Assembly: GCF_001194135.2 (NCBI RefSeq)
Contig: NC_068982.1
Span: 191,210,933-191,274,932, forward strand
DNA from: Octopus bimaculoides
Taxonomy: Eukaryota
Direction of reading: 5' to 3'
Length of the DNA stretch: 64,000 nucleotides
Every line of letters starts with the position of its first letter. The stretch's first letter is position 1. Shown piece after piece: positions 26,788-39,766 of the stretch. The translations under genes and the position numbers were made by a program. The notes below the pieces were generated by a model. That model had not been told where the DNA came from. It made no database searches and saw only the letters and a list, made by a program, of their open reading frames with translations.

Positions 26788-27375
26788 AATTCACAAAAAA
26801 AAACAAAAGACAAAGACAGGTGGTGTAGACAACAAACAGATGTATTAGTTTAATGCTCAGGAAGTGAAAAAGTTTTTAACATTTTGAGCTTATGCTCTTC
26901 CACAGAAAGGAACACAGAAAGAAACAAGGAGAGAAAAAAACAATGTGTAGTGGCTAGCGATCTATCATGGTGAATGCAAGACAGAAGGGTCACACAGGAG
27001 AGCTAGGAAGAAAAAGCAGAAAGTACAAAAAAGGTTTAGAAAATATAAAAAGGTTACGGAAAGTTCAAAGGTTCAAAAGCTTCAGACGTCGTGGTGTATT
27101 CCATCAACAGAAGAGTCCAGTGTAATCCATAGGCAGGAGAGGTGCAGCTGAAGTGTAGAAAGTCCAGTAGAGAATCCGTAGAAGTTTGTGGGTGACACGC
27201 ACACACATATATACATCCATATTTATTCTCTCTCTGTTTATTTCCTTGTGTTCCTTTCTGTTGAAGAGCATAGCCTTGAAATATTAAAGACTTTCTCGCC
27301 TTCCCAAGTCTCAAACTAATGCACCTGTATGTTGTTTATACACCTGTCTTCATCTTTTGTTTTTCTGTAAATTTC
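26788..27375. mobile_element. Penelope-like remnant: about 150-bp inverted arms each with a decayed hammerhead-like motif
   Basis: The reverse complement of 26788-26940 aligns with 27225-27375 (gtgttcctttctgt[g/t]gaagagcata..., aaactaat, acctgtctt). Both arms carry CTG[T]nGA-AGAGC...GAAA/AAAA remnants. Confidence 0.7.
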
Positions 27376-28074
27376 AACCATACATATATATATNNNNNNN
27401 NNNNNNNNNNNNNNNNNNNNNNNNNNNNNNNNNNNNNNNNNNNNNNNNNNNNNNNNNNNNNNNNNNNNNNNNNNNNNNNNNNNNNNNNNNNNNNNNNNNN
27501 NNNNNNNNNNNNNNNNNNNNNNNNNNNNNNNNNNNNNNNNNNNNNNNNNNNNNNNNNNNNNNNNNNNNNNNNNNNNNNNNNNNNNNNNNNNNNNNNNNNN
27601 NNNNNNNNNNNNNNNNNNNNNNNNNNNNNNNNNNNNNNNNNNNNNNNNNNNNNNNNNNNNNNNNNNNNNNNNNNNNNNNNNNNNNNNNNNNNNNNNNNNN
27701 NNNNNNNNNNNNNNNNNNNNNNNNNNNNNNNNNNNNNNNNNNNNNNNNNNNNNNNNNNNNNNNNNNNNNNNNNNNNNNNNNNNNNNNNNNNNNNNNNNNN
27801 NNNNNNNNNNNNNNNNNNNNNNNNNNNNNNNNNNNNNNNNNNNNNNNNNNNNNNNNNNNNNNNNNNNNNNNNNNNNNNNNNNNNNNNNNNNNNNNNNNNN
27901 NNNNNNNNNNNNNNNNNNNNNNNNNNNNNNNNNNNNNNNNNNNNTACCATCTAGATGGTAAATGTTTTTATTTTTATTTTTATTTTTATTTTATATCTTA
28001 ACTACCACAACACCATCAATGAACTATTTTGTATCATATTTGCACAAGCACAAATATGTTGAATGTGTTTATTT

Positions 28075-28110
<36 letters not shown>

Positions 28111-28427
28111 TAATAACATTTTTCTAAGGAACACTTGAGTTCAAGAAAAATAAACACATCTGAGTTGGTTGTAGATTAGCTTAGACGTAGAAATGTCACT
28201 TTGTTTTGGAATTCTCCCCGAGGAAATCTCCAACTGATTGGTTTCGAATATGGGAATTGAATTCTATTTCTGTAATTGAAATGATTGGGTGTAGAAACAG
28301 GAGACAAGAATTTGTATGAATTTGAATGTCTTTAAATAAATAACATCTGTAAGTCAGTTTTATCCATTTAAAGATGTGTGTGTGTACGTACGTGTATAGT
28401 CCTCCAGGCAATAACAGAGGAATTTAA

Positions 28428-29375
28428 GACAGGCTGCCCCTGGGAGCTCCTCTATGCTGATGGCTTTGTTCTTGTAGCTGAATATCACGACCAGAACCAG
28501 AAAACAAGTTTCATGTATGGAAGCAAGATCTAAACTCAAAGGGCATTAGAGTTAACCTAGCAAAAATCAAAGTCTTAGTAAGTAGGAAGGCAGAAAAATC
28601 CCTTCAGGTAGATGACCCTGATTGATCTGTAGAAAAAGCATAGGTATGAACTCCATAAGATTTACCTGGTGTAAGCTTTGGACACATAACAGGTGCAGCA
28701 ATATCAGAGGAAGGTTAACAGGGAAAATAGCTTGTGTGTGTGGAAGATGCACATGTACAATAAACGCTGAAAATAGACTTCATCAACTGCCAAGGGGGGA
28801 GTACGCTAGAGGTAGATAGCTTCCATTATCCAGGTGACCAAGTTAGTAATGGAGGTGGATGCTCTGAGAGCATAGCTGTGAGAATAAGATTAGGCTGTGC
28901 AAAATTCAGAGAGCTCACACCTCTGCTGGCAACAAAGGGCTTCTCTCTCAGAGTGAAAGGCAAATTGTATGATGCTTGTGTGCAAACAGCTTTGCTACAC
29001 GGCAGTGAAACCTGGGCATTAGCCAAGGACATGCGTATGCTTGAAAGAAATGAAGCCAGTATACTTTGCTGGACATGCATGTTCAACAGAGTGTAAGCAT
29101 GTTGAGAGAAAATAGGGCATAAGAGGAATCAGATGTGGTATGCAAGAGAGACAACTGCGCTGGTATGGTCATGTGATGCGTATCAAGGACAGTTGTGTAA
29201 AGAAGTGCTGATCTCTAACTGTGGAGGGAACCAGTGGTAGAGGTAGACCCAGGAAAACATGGGATGAGGTTGTGAAGCATGATCTTCAGACTTTGGGCCT
29301 CACAAAAGCAATGACTAGTGACCAAGAACGTTGGCAATATGCTGTGCTTGAGAGGACCCGTCAAGCCAAGTGAAA
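28428..29375 (+). mobile_element. RTE-clade LINE 3' fragment (RT C-half)
   Basis: GCPWELLYADG (YADD-box remnant), RIRLGCAKFRELTPLLATKG...LYDACVQTALLHGSETW, GRPRKTWDEVVKHDL. Confidence 0.9.
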
Positions 29376-30286
29376 TCATAGTCGTGCCTGATGCTGGTTT
29401 CATGTAACGGGCACCCATGCCGGTGGCACGCACAAAGCACCTTTGGAGCGTTGGGCCTCATGGAGGCAAAGTGGCAAAATGGTTAAATCTCTTCACAGTT
29501 AAAAGTCACTATTTTTTTTAGCCCAAACTCTGCATCGGTCTGCTTCCTGTCTCTTTACATCATTGTGAGCCCAACAAAGGTGACATTATGTGGTTGCGAG
29601 ATCCTGCTAATAATAGCAGTCAGATGTTCCTGCATGTGTGTGTGTGTATGTATATGTGTAAATGTATATGCCTGTGACTGTGTATGTGTGTGTGTATATC
29701 TGTGGTTGTGTGTGAGTGTATAGAAGCAGGATGCATTGCTTAATGATGTAATTGTAGATATATTAGTCTAGAGAAAAGCAGGCTGGTCATGGATGGAACC
29801 CCCTCTGATCATGGTTCTGTTGACCTTCAGTTCAACTCATTCCTGCAACTAATTCCAAGATGGTACTGATCTTTGGCTCTGAACTCTGTCGATGTGTCTT
29901 CATAAATGGACTCTTCCATTAACCTTCCATATTGTTTAACCTCAAGGTAATCCTTGATACTGTTGACCCATAATCAAAGCTTTCCAACCACGACCGTCCC
30001 AACTTTTTGCATATCAGGAATTACATTGTCCATTGTGTTCTTTTTAAAACAGTAGGACTCATTTTGAGGAATATTCGGTGGTTATTTCTAGCTTTGGTGG
30101 TTTCTCTGTTTGCTTATTCTTCATTCATCAGTCAATCATTCATTGTCAGTGTGTGTGTGTGATTTCCTGAGCAGTCGTCCCCATCCCCACTCACCCATTA
30201 TGAAGTGAACAAAGACTGATACAGAGATAACAAATCAATGAAAAACCAATGTCACAGCGACCAGACATAAGTGTTTCATCATCAGA

Positions 30287-30324
<38 letters not shown>

Positions 30325-32274
30325 TGTTAGCACAGAGCAGTGTTGTTCTACTGCAATAGTGTGTCTGTTATGAAGTGTCATAGTTAGTGTCATTAATTAC
30401 AGGCAACCAATCAATGGTTCACTGGTTTTTTTGGTGGCAGTAGTGACAAGGGAGTGTCTGTAACTCGGTGTAGAAGAAATATCACAAAGGACTTCATTCA
30501 AAACTACCGGTTTATTGGCTTTCCCACTGATGTTTGTGTGTGTATTTCTGTGAAAGATACACACACACACACACACACACACTCTCAAACACATAGGCAC
30601 ACACATACTCACACATCATCATCATTATCATCACACTTCCACTTTCAATATTGACTTGGGTTAGACAGATCCTTACAGTCAATCTCAGTCCTTATTTGGA
30701 GTTACTGCCATCCCAAACAGGTTGGTCAATCCCACCTCGCTCCTTAAATTCCTTTTAGTCTTGAATTTTCTGACTGCGTTCTCTTCCTGACGCCAACCAT
30801 GTTGCAGATTCCAGACTATCTTGTGTCCTGGTTGGATTTTTAATGGCCCCCCAACAATAGTGGGGTTGTCTAAAGTTATAAATATCTGCACATACGCATG
30901 CGCTCACACACACACACATGTGCATGCACATTCACGCATACCCATGTGTGCACATGCACACCTTACAGAGTGTACTGGATGCTTTTTAAGTGGTACTAGT
31001 ACCAACAGGCTCACCAAGTACCTTGCAAGGTAAAGAATCTCTCAACTGCAAGGTGGAAGAGTCGTATTGAGGGACAAATGACAGAATTGTGTGTGTGTGT
31101 GCATGGGCATGCATGTATGTATGTGTGTGTGTGTATCTTCTCTTTTCACAGCCTCACAGAGGCAATGACAAAAGACCGAGACCTCTGGAGATATGCCATG
31201 ATTGAGAAGACCTGGCAAATAAAGTGAGTTCACAGCTGTAACCTACACCAGTGTTGCATAACCAGCCCCAGCCCACTCAAAAGTACCTTGAATCGTAGGG
31301 CAACATGCTGTGCTTGAAGAGACCTATTGAGTCAAGTACATCAACATCAAATGGAAATTGTAGTTGTGATCCCTCTGCTGGTGGCACATAAAAAGCACCA
31401 TCCAAACATGGCAGATGCCAGCACCGCCTTGACTGGCTTCCGTGCCAGTGACACGTAAAAAGCACCAACTGATCGTGGTCATTGCCAGCCTCCTCTGGCC
31501 CCTGTGCCAATGGCACGTAAAAAGCACCTACTACACTCTGAGTGGTTGGCGTTAGGAAGGGCATCCAGCTGTAGAAACATTGCCAGATCAGACTGGAGCC
31601 TGGTGCAGCCTCCTGGCTTCCCAGACCCGTCGAACCATCCAACCCATGCCAGCATGGAAAATGGACGTTAAACGATGATGATGATGATGATGTACAAGCC
31701 TACCCCCTCCTGTTTCCATTATAAGACGGTCAGCTTTGGGAGCAGAGACAGTGTAGGGCTATGAGGTCCATTTAGCCCTGCCTCAGGACTGTTTAACCTC
31801 TCAAGTGTTGGTGTCACAAATAAATGTACCCACAACATGTAATGAACTGGCTGATGTGTTAGGAAGAGCATCCAGATGTAGGAACGATGCCAAATCACAC
31901 AAGCATCAGTCTATGGAGACAGTGGTTCCTTGTAACAAATGACTTGAACTGTGATGAACCATCTAACCCATGCCAGCATAGGAAACAGACATAAAATGAT
32001 ATAATAAAAATACTCAAAATGTGTAACAGAGTTAATTTCGTCAAGTGAATGTGTGTGGGTGGAGGTTCATACCTTTGTAAAACCCTGTGCTGTTTGTAAT
32101 TATTTAAGTATTTACCTGTCCACCACCATCATCTTGTCAGTACAACTTTCAAGTCCTTTATACACCATATTTTCTAGCAAATAAGTCAACATCATGTGTA
32201 AACATTCAAATATTGTCACTATCTTTCCAAATCCTGCTGCATTTCATGTGGAATTTTTGGTCTGAAAAATTCAA

Positions 32275-33146
32275 ATTGTAGAGCAGAAAAAATTTTGCAA
32301 TATTTTGGTAACTTTTTTGTTTTATCAGGTTACAACAAAAGCAGACGAGCATTCAAGCGAGATGCCATTGTGTTTACACCATCTGAAGCCACCTTTCTAC
32401 CAGTTCTTTGATCCAATGCTGATATCAGTTCTTGTCTTTTGAGGCAAAGAACTCCATCACTAAACCTTCCATCTTCTCTTTGTTAATGAAGTTTCATAAG
32501 CGCAGGTTGTGAGCCACGGATCAGAACAAATAACATTCCAAGAGAGACACTTTTCCACAATCTTGACATGCATAAGCAGTGGTTAAGCAAGGGCCAGCTT
32601 CTGGAACTTGTTGCCAAACATGGCCATTTCAAACACAAAGTGATGCTTGCTCTGAGTTTGATGGGATTATAAGGAAATAATTCACTGACTTTATTTCGGA
32701 TGGTTGAACTATTGATGCCAACCTGTACTTTGAACAGCTGGAGTGGATGCATGCAATTATGCAGCAGAAATATTCAGCATTGCTTAACAGGAAATGAGTT
32801 CTGCAGCAAGACTTCATATGACCCAATCTCCAGGAACTTGAGGGGAGTCAAACCGATGCCACACCCAGCCTGTAGTCCGGACCTAGCTCCTTCCGATTAT
32901 TATTTGTTCTGTTCCATGACTCTCTTTCTGCACTCACAACACTTCATCAACCAAGAGGAGGTGGAAGCTTCAGTGAAGGAATTCTTTGTGCTGAAGGACA
33001 AGAACTGGTATCAGCATAGAATCAAAGAACTGGCTGAAAGGTGGCTCCTGACGGTGCAACACTATGGCCTCTACTTTGAATGCTCGGCTGCTTAAAGCAA
33101 GTAAGTTACCACCAAAACACTGCAAAACTTTTGATTCAGTACAATA
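32275..33146 (+). mobile_element. Internally deleted, defective mariner (Tc1/mariner) transposon
   Basis: ORF 32700-33095 ends HPACSPDLAPSDYYLF...WYQHRIKELAERW...GLYFE (YSPDLAPSDY motif). Upstream KVML...IIH remnants. Imperfect terminal inverted repeats (attgta...ttttgca...ggtaac; aagcag.cgagcattcaa) end at TA. Confidence 0.9.
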
Positions 33147-34312
33147 CACACCACTATTGATGATTGTCCTTCCATAGTTTGTTCTGTTTACAACAAACTT
33201 GATATACCACCATATTCAAGGTACTGAAACATAAGGCAGCTGATGAAGCTAATCTCTCTGGAATACCCTTCCTATTGGGTTACAAAGATATTAATATTAA
33301 ATATAAGATGGTGGTTAAAAGTAAGTCATCTGGGAATATACATTTGTTGATGGGGGGAAATCTGAAGATTTTTAATCAATTTGTTTTTCTTAGATGAGTT
33401 TCGTTGTTCACCATCAAAGCTTGGTGATTCTGTTGTTGTGGAAGGCAGTGAGCTGGCAGAATCATTAGCACACCAGGCAAAATGCTTAACAGCATACATT
33501 CCGAGTTCAAATCCTGCTGAGGTCAACTTTGCCTTTCATCCTTTCTGGGTTGATATGATAAATCCCAGTTGAGCAATGGAGATGAGGTACTCAACTAACC
33601 CCTCCTTTGAAATTGCTGGCCTTGTGCCAGAGTTTGAAGCCAGTAGAGATTGGCAGAATCGAGCATCAAAAAAGAATATTTTACTGTATTAGTCTCAGCT
33701 CTTTACATTCTGAGTTCAAATCCTGTTGAGGTCAACTTTGCTTTTCATCTTCCCGAGGTCGATAAAATAAAGTACCAGTCAAGTACTGAGGTTAATTTGT
33801 TTGACTAAACTCTTTAAGGTGGTGCTCCAGCATGACCACAGTTCTATGACTGAAAGTAGTAAAAGATTAAAAGATGTATATACAATGGGCTTCTTTCAGT
33901 TTCTGTCTAATGACTCCACTCACGAGGCTTTGGTTGGCTTGGGGCCCACAGGGAAAGACACTTGTCCAAGTTGCTGTGCTGTGGGAATGAACCCAGAACC
34001 ATAGGGTTGGAAAGTGAGCTTCTTAACCACACAGTCACACCTGTGATTTAAAAAAAGATCACCGTTTAACATCCATTTTCCATATTGGCATTGGTTGGAC
34101 AGTTTGACAGGAGCTGTTAAGATTAGGGACCACACCAGGTCCTAGTGTCTGTTTTGTCATGGTTTCTATGGCTGGATGCCCTTCCTAACGCCAACCACTC
34201 TACAGGGTGGACTGGATGCTTTTTATGTGGCACCAGCTCTAACAGGGTCAGATTTTAAAATGAATAATCTTTATACCTGTTACAAATTTTTTTAATTATT
34301 GTTGCTGTTGGC

Positions 34313-34376
<64 letters not shown>

Positions 34377-34687
34377 CTGATCGTTTGTTATTACTAATCA
34401 ATACCCAGTCAGTAATAAACCCCCACCTGTCCACCCATTTCTCCATCTCTTATGCAAACATGGATAATGACTATTTCATTGCTTTTGTTTTGGCAAACTT
34501 CCTTCACTGAAAGCTTATATTGGATTTCTTAAATTACCTGTCAGTCAGGTGTTGTAAACAAGCTAAAGTATTTATTTCCCTAACGATTCTGTTGCTAAGC
34601 AATGGTAGTGGGGGCGGCATTATTATTATTATTATTATCATTATTGCTGTTGTTATCATCATCATCACCATTGTCATTAATATTATC

Positions 34688-34728
<41 letters not shown>

Positions 34729-35878
34729 AACTGCTGCCTTTTCAATGGACAATAATTCGACAATATATAAATATATTTACTTCTTCAGTCAGTTTAATAG
34801 ATGACCTGTCATGTGATCGCTTGACTTGCTGAAAACAACCAACTGCAGTCTGATAGCTTTTAACAGGCTACAGAGGACACATCCGGCCAGTGTAGGTGCC
34901 TCTATGTGGTTTCCCAACCTGCTAAAAACAGCAGCCAAATTGCCTTTAAATCACAACTATCTGTCTTTAAAAAAAAGTTATTTTGGGTGATGCACACTTT
35001 GATGTGTAATTCCAAAAACTGACTAGTTGGTCATATCTGGATTGTCTTCCATCACATATCTATGTAATTAAGATTGAGCTGGGTCTAAACATCATCTGAA
35101 AAATAATGAACTGCAGGGTCCTTCACTGTTTGTAGAATCTGTTAATGGGAGTATCCCAAGGCTTCAATTAATTATATGACTAATTAATAACCAGTTCGTT
35201 AGCTCAAGGTTGACAATTACTCAGGAAATTACTTGTATTTGAAGATTTATGGAACTACAATTCATTCTGCCACCTCTGCCGCACATGTGGAATGCAGAAG
35301 CATCAATCCAATTCCAGAAGCTGACACATCTCATTCTATGAATGGCAGCTGGTTCAGCATCAACGGCAACAATTTGTGTGAAGGAACATGAGTAGTTGTT
35401 GCTATGACAACTACAAATTTAAGTCTTAAGAACCATTAATAAAATGCAAATGTGAAATATCCAAGAATAATTAGTCATGTGACCAATGGATTATTCCATA
35501 TTGTCTGTGGATATTGTTACTGCGTAAAACAGTGGAAGAAGATTGATTGTGGAACCGAGAGTTTTGTCCTAATTTTGATCGAGTTAGAATTGTTTAATGA
35601 CTTCATCTGACATCATTTGTTGGATCCGGTCAAGCGGAACTCTCATTTGAGCCATTTAAAAACCACAGTACGAAGATATTGGTCGTAACCCACCACAGAA
35701 GCACAACAGTTCTCTACTGTTTTTTTTCATCTTTTGTTGGTTCCAGTCATTGGACTGTGGCCATGCCAAAGCAACACCTTTTTAAGCCTGGTACTTATTC
35801 TATCAGTCTCTTTTACCAAACCGCTAAGTTACAGAGACATAAACATACTTTCACTAGTTGTCAAGCTATGGTGAGGAA

Positions 35879-35938
<60 letters not shown>

Positions 35939-36138
35939 TATACACACACACACATACACACACATACACACACACACACATGCTGGGCTTCTTTCAGTTT
36001 TTGTCTACCAAGCACCATCCGAACGTGATGGATGCCAAGCCCGCCTGATTGGCTCCCATGCCAGTGGCATGTAAAAAGCACCCACTACACTCTCAGAGTG
36101 GTTGGCGTTAGGAAGGGCATCCAGCTGTNNNNNNNNNN

Positions 36139-36300
36139 ACTACACTCTCAGAGTGGTTGGCGTTAGGAAGGGCATCCAGCTGTAGAAACATTGCCAGATC
36201 AGATTGGAGCCTGGTGCAGCCCTTCAGCTTGCCAGCTCCCGTCAAACTGTCCAACCCATGCCAGCATGGAAAACAGATGTTAAACGATGATGATGATGAT
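36139..36300 (+). mobile_element. RTE-3'-end-derived repeat family C (many copies, e.g. 17810-17970(-), 20050-20290(-), 20600-20780(-), 31160-31690, 34070-34240(-), 36880-37070(-), 37930-38105(-), 42040-42690, 42950-43135, 44200-44625, 49320-49735, 53630-53835)
   Basis: Shared gagtggttggcgttaggaagggcatccagctgtagaaac...ccaacccatgccagcatggaaa...gttaaacgatgatgatg. Contiguous with RTE ORF ends at 24840-25480 and 42040-42690. Confidence 0.9.
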
Positions 36301-37204
36301 GAAATTCACTCTCAAGGCTTTGTTCAGCCTGAGGCAATAGTAGAANNNNNNNNNNATGATGATGATGAAATTCACTCTCAAGGCTTTGTTCAGCCTGAGG
36401 CAATAGTAGAAGACACTTACCCAAGGTGCCATGCAGTGGGACTGAACCTGGAACCATGTTTGCACCTACTAATAAATAAATAAATAAATAAATAAAATAT
36501 TAAGAAGAAAGTTAAGATATTGCCTTTGTGACTCAGTTTTCATTGGACGATTTTGACATTCCATCATATTAAGAATGGAATGGAAAATTCTGTGGTATTT
36601 CTAGTCCCGTTATTATTTCTGCTGTTGTCCAATCTATTAATTAGTGTTCAGTTAAAACAATAGACTTTGGCGCTATAATTGTTGATTTGCTTAGATTCTT
36701 CTAAATTACCAAAATGATCCGGTTCTGCTATTATTGAACTTCACCATTCCGCATTCTCAGCTGAAGTCTCACCAATATCAATTTTAACTTTCATTTCTTT
36801 TAAGTCTATAATGTTGTTTGACTGATTTCAATCACTTGGCTATGGCCATGTTGGAGCACTGGCTTCAAATTAGCATTATCATCATCATTTAATGTCCATT
36901 TTCCATGCTGGCATGGGTTGGACAGCTTGACAGGAAGTGGCAAGGCTGGAGAGCTGCACCAGGCTCCATTTATCTCCACTGGCATGGTTTCTATGGCTAC
37001 ATGCCCATCCTAACACCAACCACTTTGCACAGTGTCCTGAGTGATTTTTATGTGGCACCAGCACAAATCTGTCACAACAAATTCCTTATGACCCGTACAA
37101 GAATGGAAGAAAAGTGGACATTAAAATCTTTCAACTGTAGTGTTGTTGTTGTTCTTGTTGTTAACAGATTGAATTGTTTTTTATTTTTTGTTTTTGTTCT
37201 TCAG

Positions 37205-37407
37205 ATTCATTTGAAAGAGAGAATTAGTCACCATGAACGACCCACCTCCTCCCTATCCCGGTGCACCAGGAGTTTCCTACCCTCTTCCTGAAAAGGGTGG
37301 GATTCAACCATCAGCCCCAGGAGCCTACTATCCACCCGCTCCTTACCCAACGGCACCTGCTGGTGATATGCAACCCCCACCCCCACAACCAATGATCCAC
37401 CCACAAG
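37205..37407 (+). CDS. LITAF: LITAF/CDIP1-family gene, first coding exon (28 nt 5'UTR, CDS from ATG 37233; 58 aa Pro-rich N-terminus)
   Basis: Acceptor ttttgttcttcag|, in-frame upstream TGA at 37212, Kozak-like CACCATG, donor CAAG|GTAAGT at 37407/8 (phase 1). Encodes MNDPPPPYPG...QPSAPG...YPTAP...HPQ with PPxY, PSAP and PTAP motifs typical of LITAF-family N-termini. Confidence 0.93.
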
Positions 37408-38481
37408 GTAAGTCAAACCCTTACCTTTTCTGGGCCGTGAAGGGAAAGCCCTAATGTCTACACACCACACTTATTGTGTCCTGCTTTTGCTCAAATCATT
37501 GAACTTAATCACCCATTGATGGATATTTGATCTCACTTTACTCTTTACATTCCACTGCTACAACGCTGGGGGGGGGACATAAATATTCATTCCTAGCCTA
37601 TAAGTCTGTATCACCGTTTGTGTGTGTGTGTGTGTGTTACTGTGTCCTTGGCTTCACTTGATGCCATCAAAAAAGTCTTTGATTTCCAATCTTTTGTGAA
37701 AGTATGTCTGATTGAGTGCGGGGGTGGGGGTGGAATATTACTTCTATTAGAAACAGGTGGAGGCTGGTGACAGGAAGAGCATCCAGCTAGATTCATCTCA
37801 ACAGATTTTGTGCTACCCATACATGCAGATGTGGGAAAGTGAATGTTGAACAGCAATGATGACTTTATACACATACACATCCTCACACACACACACGCGC
37901 GCACATGCACTCTCACACACACACACACATCTTTAACGTCCATGTTCCATGCTGACATGGGTTGGACAGTTTGACTGAATCCAATGTGTCCAAGAACTAC
38001 ATCATGCTCCACTGTCCACTTTGGAATGGTTTCTACAGGTGGCCATCCTTCCTAAGGCCAACCAGTTTACATTGTGTGCTGGGTGCTTTTTTTCGTGGCA
38101 CCAACACTAACTGTGCAGCTTGCAAGACAATTGTGAGTGAGTGGTTTTGTGTTTAGAGATGAGAGGTTAAAGTGTGAGAGAAGGGGCCAGAACAGAAAAG
38201 TCCCTTGCTGAAGAAGAGCTACATGGGTGGTGGGGTGATTGGGGAGGTGGAGCTGAAAAGAAATAGAAATAGTGATGAGGTGTGAGGGTGGACCTTTGAG
38301 GTGTTGGGTGAGTAAAAAAAGAGTGGGGACAGGAGAACAGGGAGTGTGGGTGGGTAGAGGTTGCGAGAGTGCATGGGAGAAATGGTGAGGGATGTGTGAT
38401 GCAGGAGAGAGAATTTGGTTGCCCAGCAGGGTGGTCAGTGTAAGATGCAAATAGAACAGACAGCATGAGAAAGAAAGATAG

Positions 38482-38562
<81 letters not shown>

Positions 38563-38976
38563 TATTATATCTTAAACTCTTTTGAAATTAAACTGGCCAT
38601 ATCTGGCCCATATATTCTACCTGTTTTATGTTTGTACTAACCAGATTCAGCCTCTCACACCTACCCTACACTGTCATTAACAATCACATTTTCAAAATCT
38701 TGAAGCTACAAGATAAAGCAGGATTAATTAAAAGCATTGTGATTAAATAAGCATTACATTTGACAGTAATCTGAATGTTAAAGGGTTAAACAAATTATAT
38801 CTGATTGTTATTGCAAACTGTGCCAACTCTGAGTGTGTGTTGCCTGTCGACCCTTGCTACTATGGCACAAACTCTCTCTTTTGCTCCCTTTATAATTCCC
38901 TTTTGTTTTCTTCTCTATCTTTTTCTTCTCTCTCCCTCTCAGTATTTTCTCACACTCATCTTTTAATCTATTTCAG

Positions 38977-39006
38977 AATATGGACCAGCTCCCCTTGGTG
39001 GCCAAG
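38977..39006 (+). CDS. LITAF: LITAF-family coding micro-exon A (30 nt, E-YGPAPLGGQ)
   Basis: Pyrimidine tract + tttcag| acceptor, CAAG|GTAACT donor. 30 nt, phase 1-1, open in frame, Pro/Gly/Tyr composition matches exon 1. Confidence 0.8.
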
Positions 39007-39674
39007 GTAACTATTATCTCAACAATTTCCTTTTAGATTCCTACGCAACAGTTTAACCATGAATGATAGGCCCAATGTCCAAACCCAGCCTGTGTCTCTC
39101 TCGACTCTCCTGGAATTCTGGGATATAAAACATTCAGTGATCCACTCAAAGGAATTTTGTCCAAACTTATATTTTCATCCACACATTCCCGGAACTATTG
39201 CAGAGACAATAGATTAAAACTGTTTATTGTAACAACTTCTAAAATGATAAAGGTTAAGAGTCAGGACCAGAGATTGTGGACAAGTTTCCTCAATAACCGT
39301 TCTCTCTCTGTGAGGAATTCCTGTTACAGTTCTTGTATTGTATTCTTAGACAAAACATTGAAGTCTTCAACTGTTTGGTTTATTTTACTGCTGCCATCAT
39401 TTCAATATATTCTTAACCAAAATATCCAAACTTTGTGAATTATTTATTTCAGGCATTGTATTATATTATTTACCAAACTTTGTAACGTTTAGGACTCGTT
39501 TGGTTCATTGGGAAAACAGATGCCATTTTCCACTGTTTGCAGGAAATTTTCTTGTTTGCTTTTCTTTTTGTGTTATGAGATTACCTAAAACTGGTTTACA
39601 AAATTTAGTTGTGGTTAATTTCTTTCTTGTTCTTATTAACATAGACATCTCTCTCTCTCTCTCTCTCTCTCTCC

Positions 39675-39766
<92 letters not shown>

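Noticed and set aside
36084-36400. Apparent short tandem duplications on both sides of the 10-N gaps at 36129 and 36346
   Set aside because: Identical sequence on either side of fixed 10-N spacers is typical of unmerged contig overlaps, so probably an assembly artefact.
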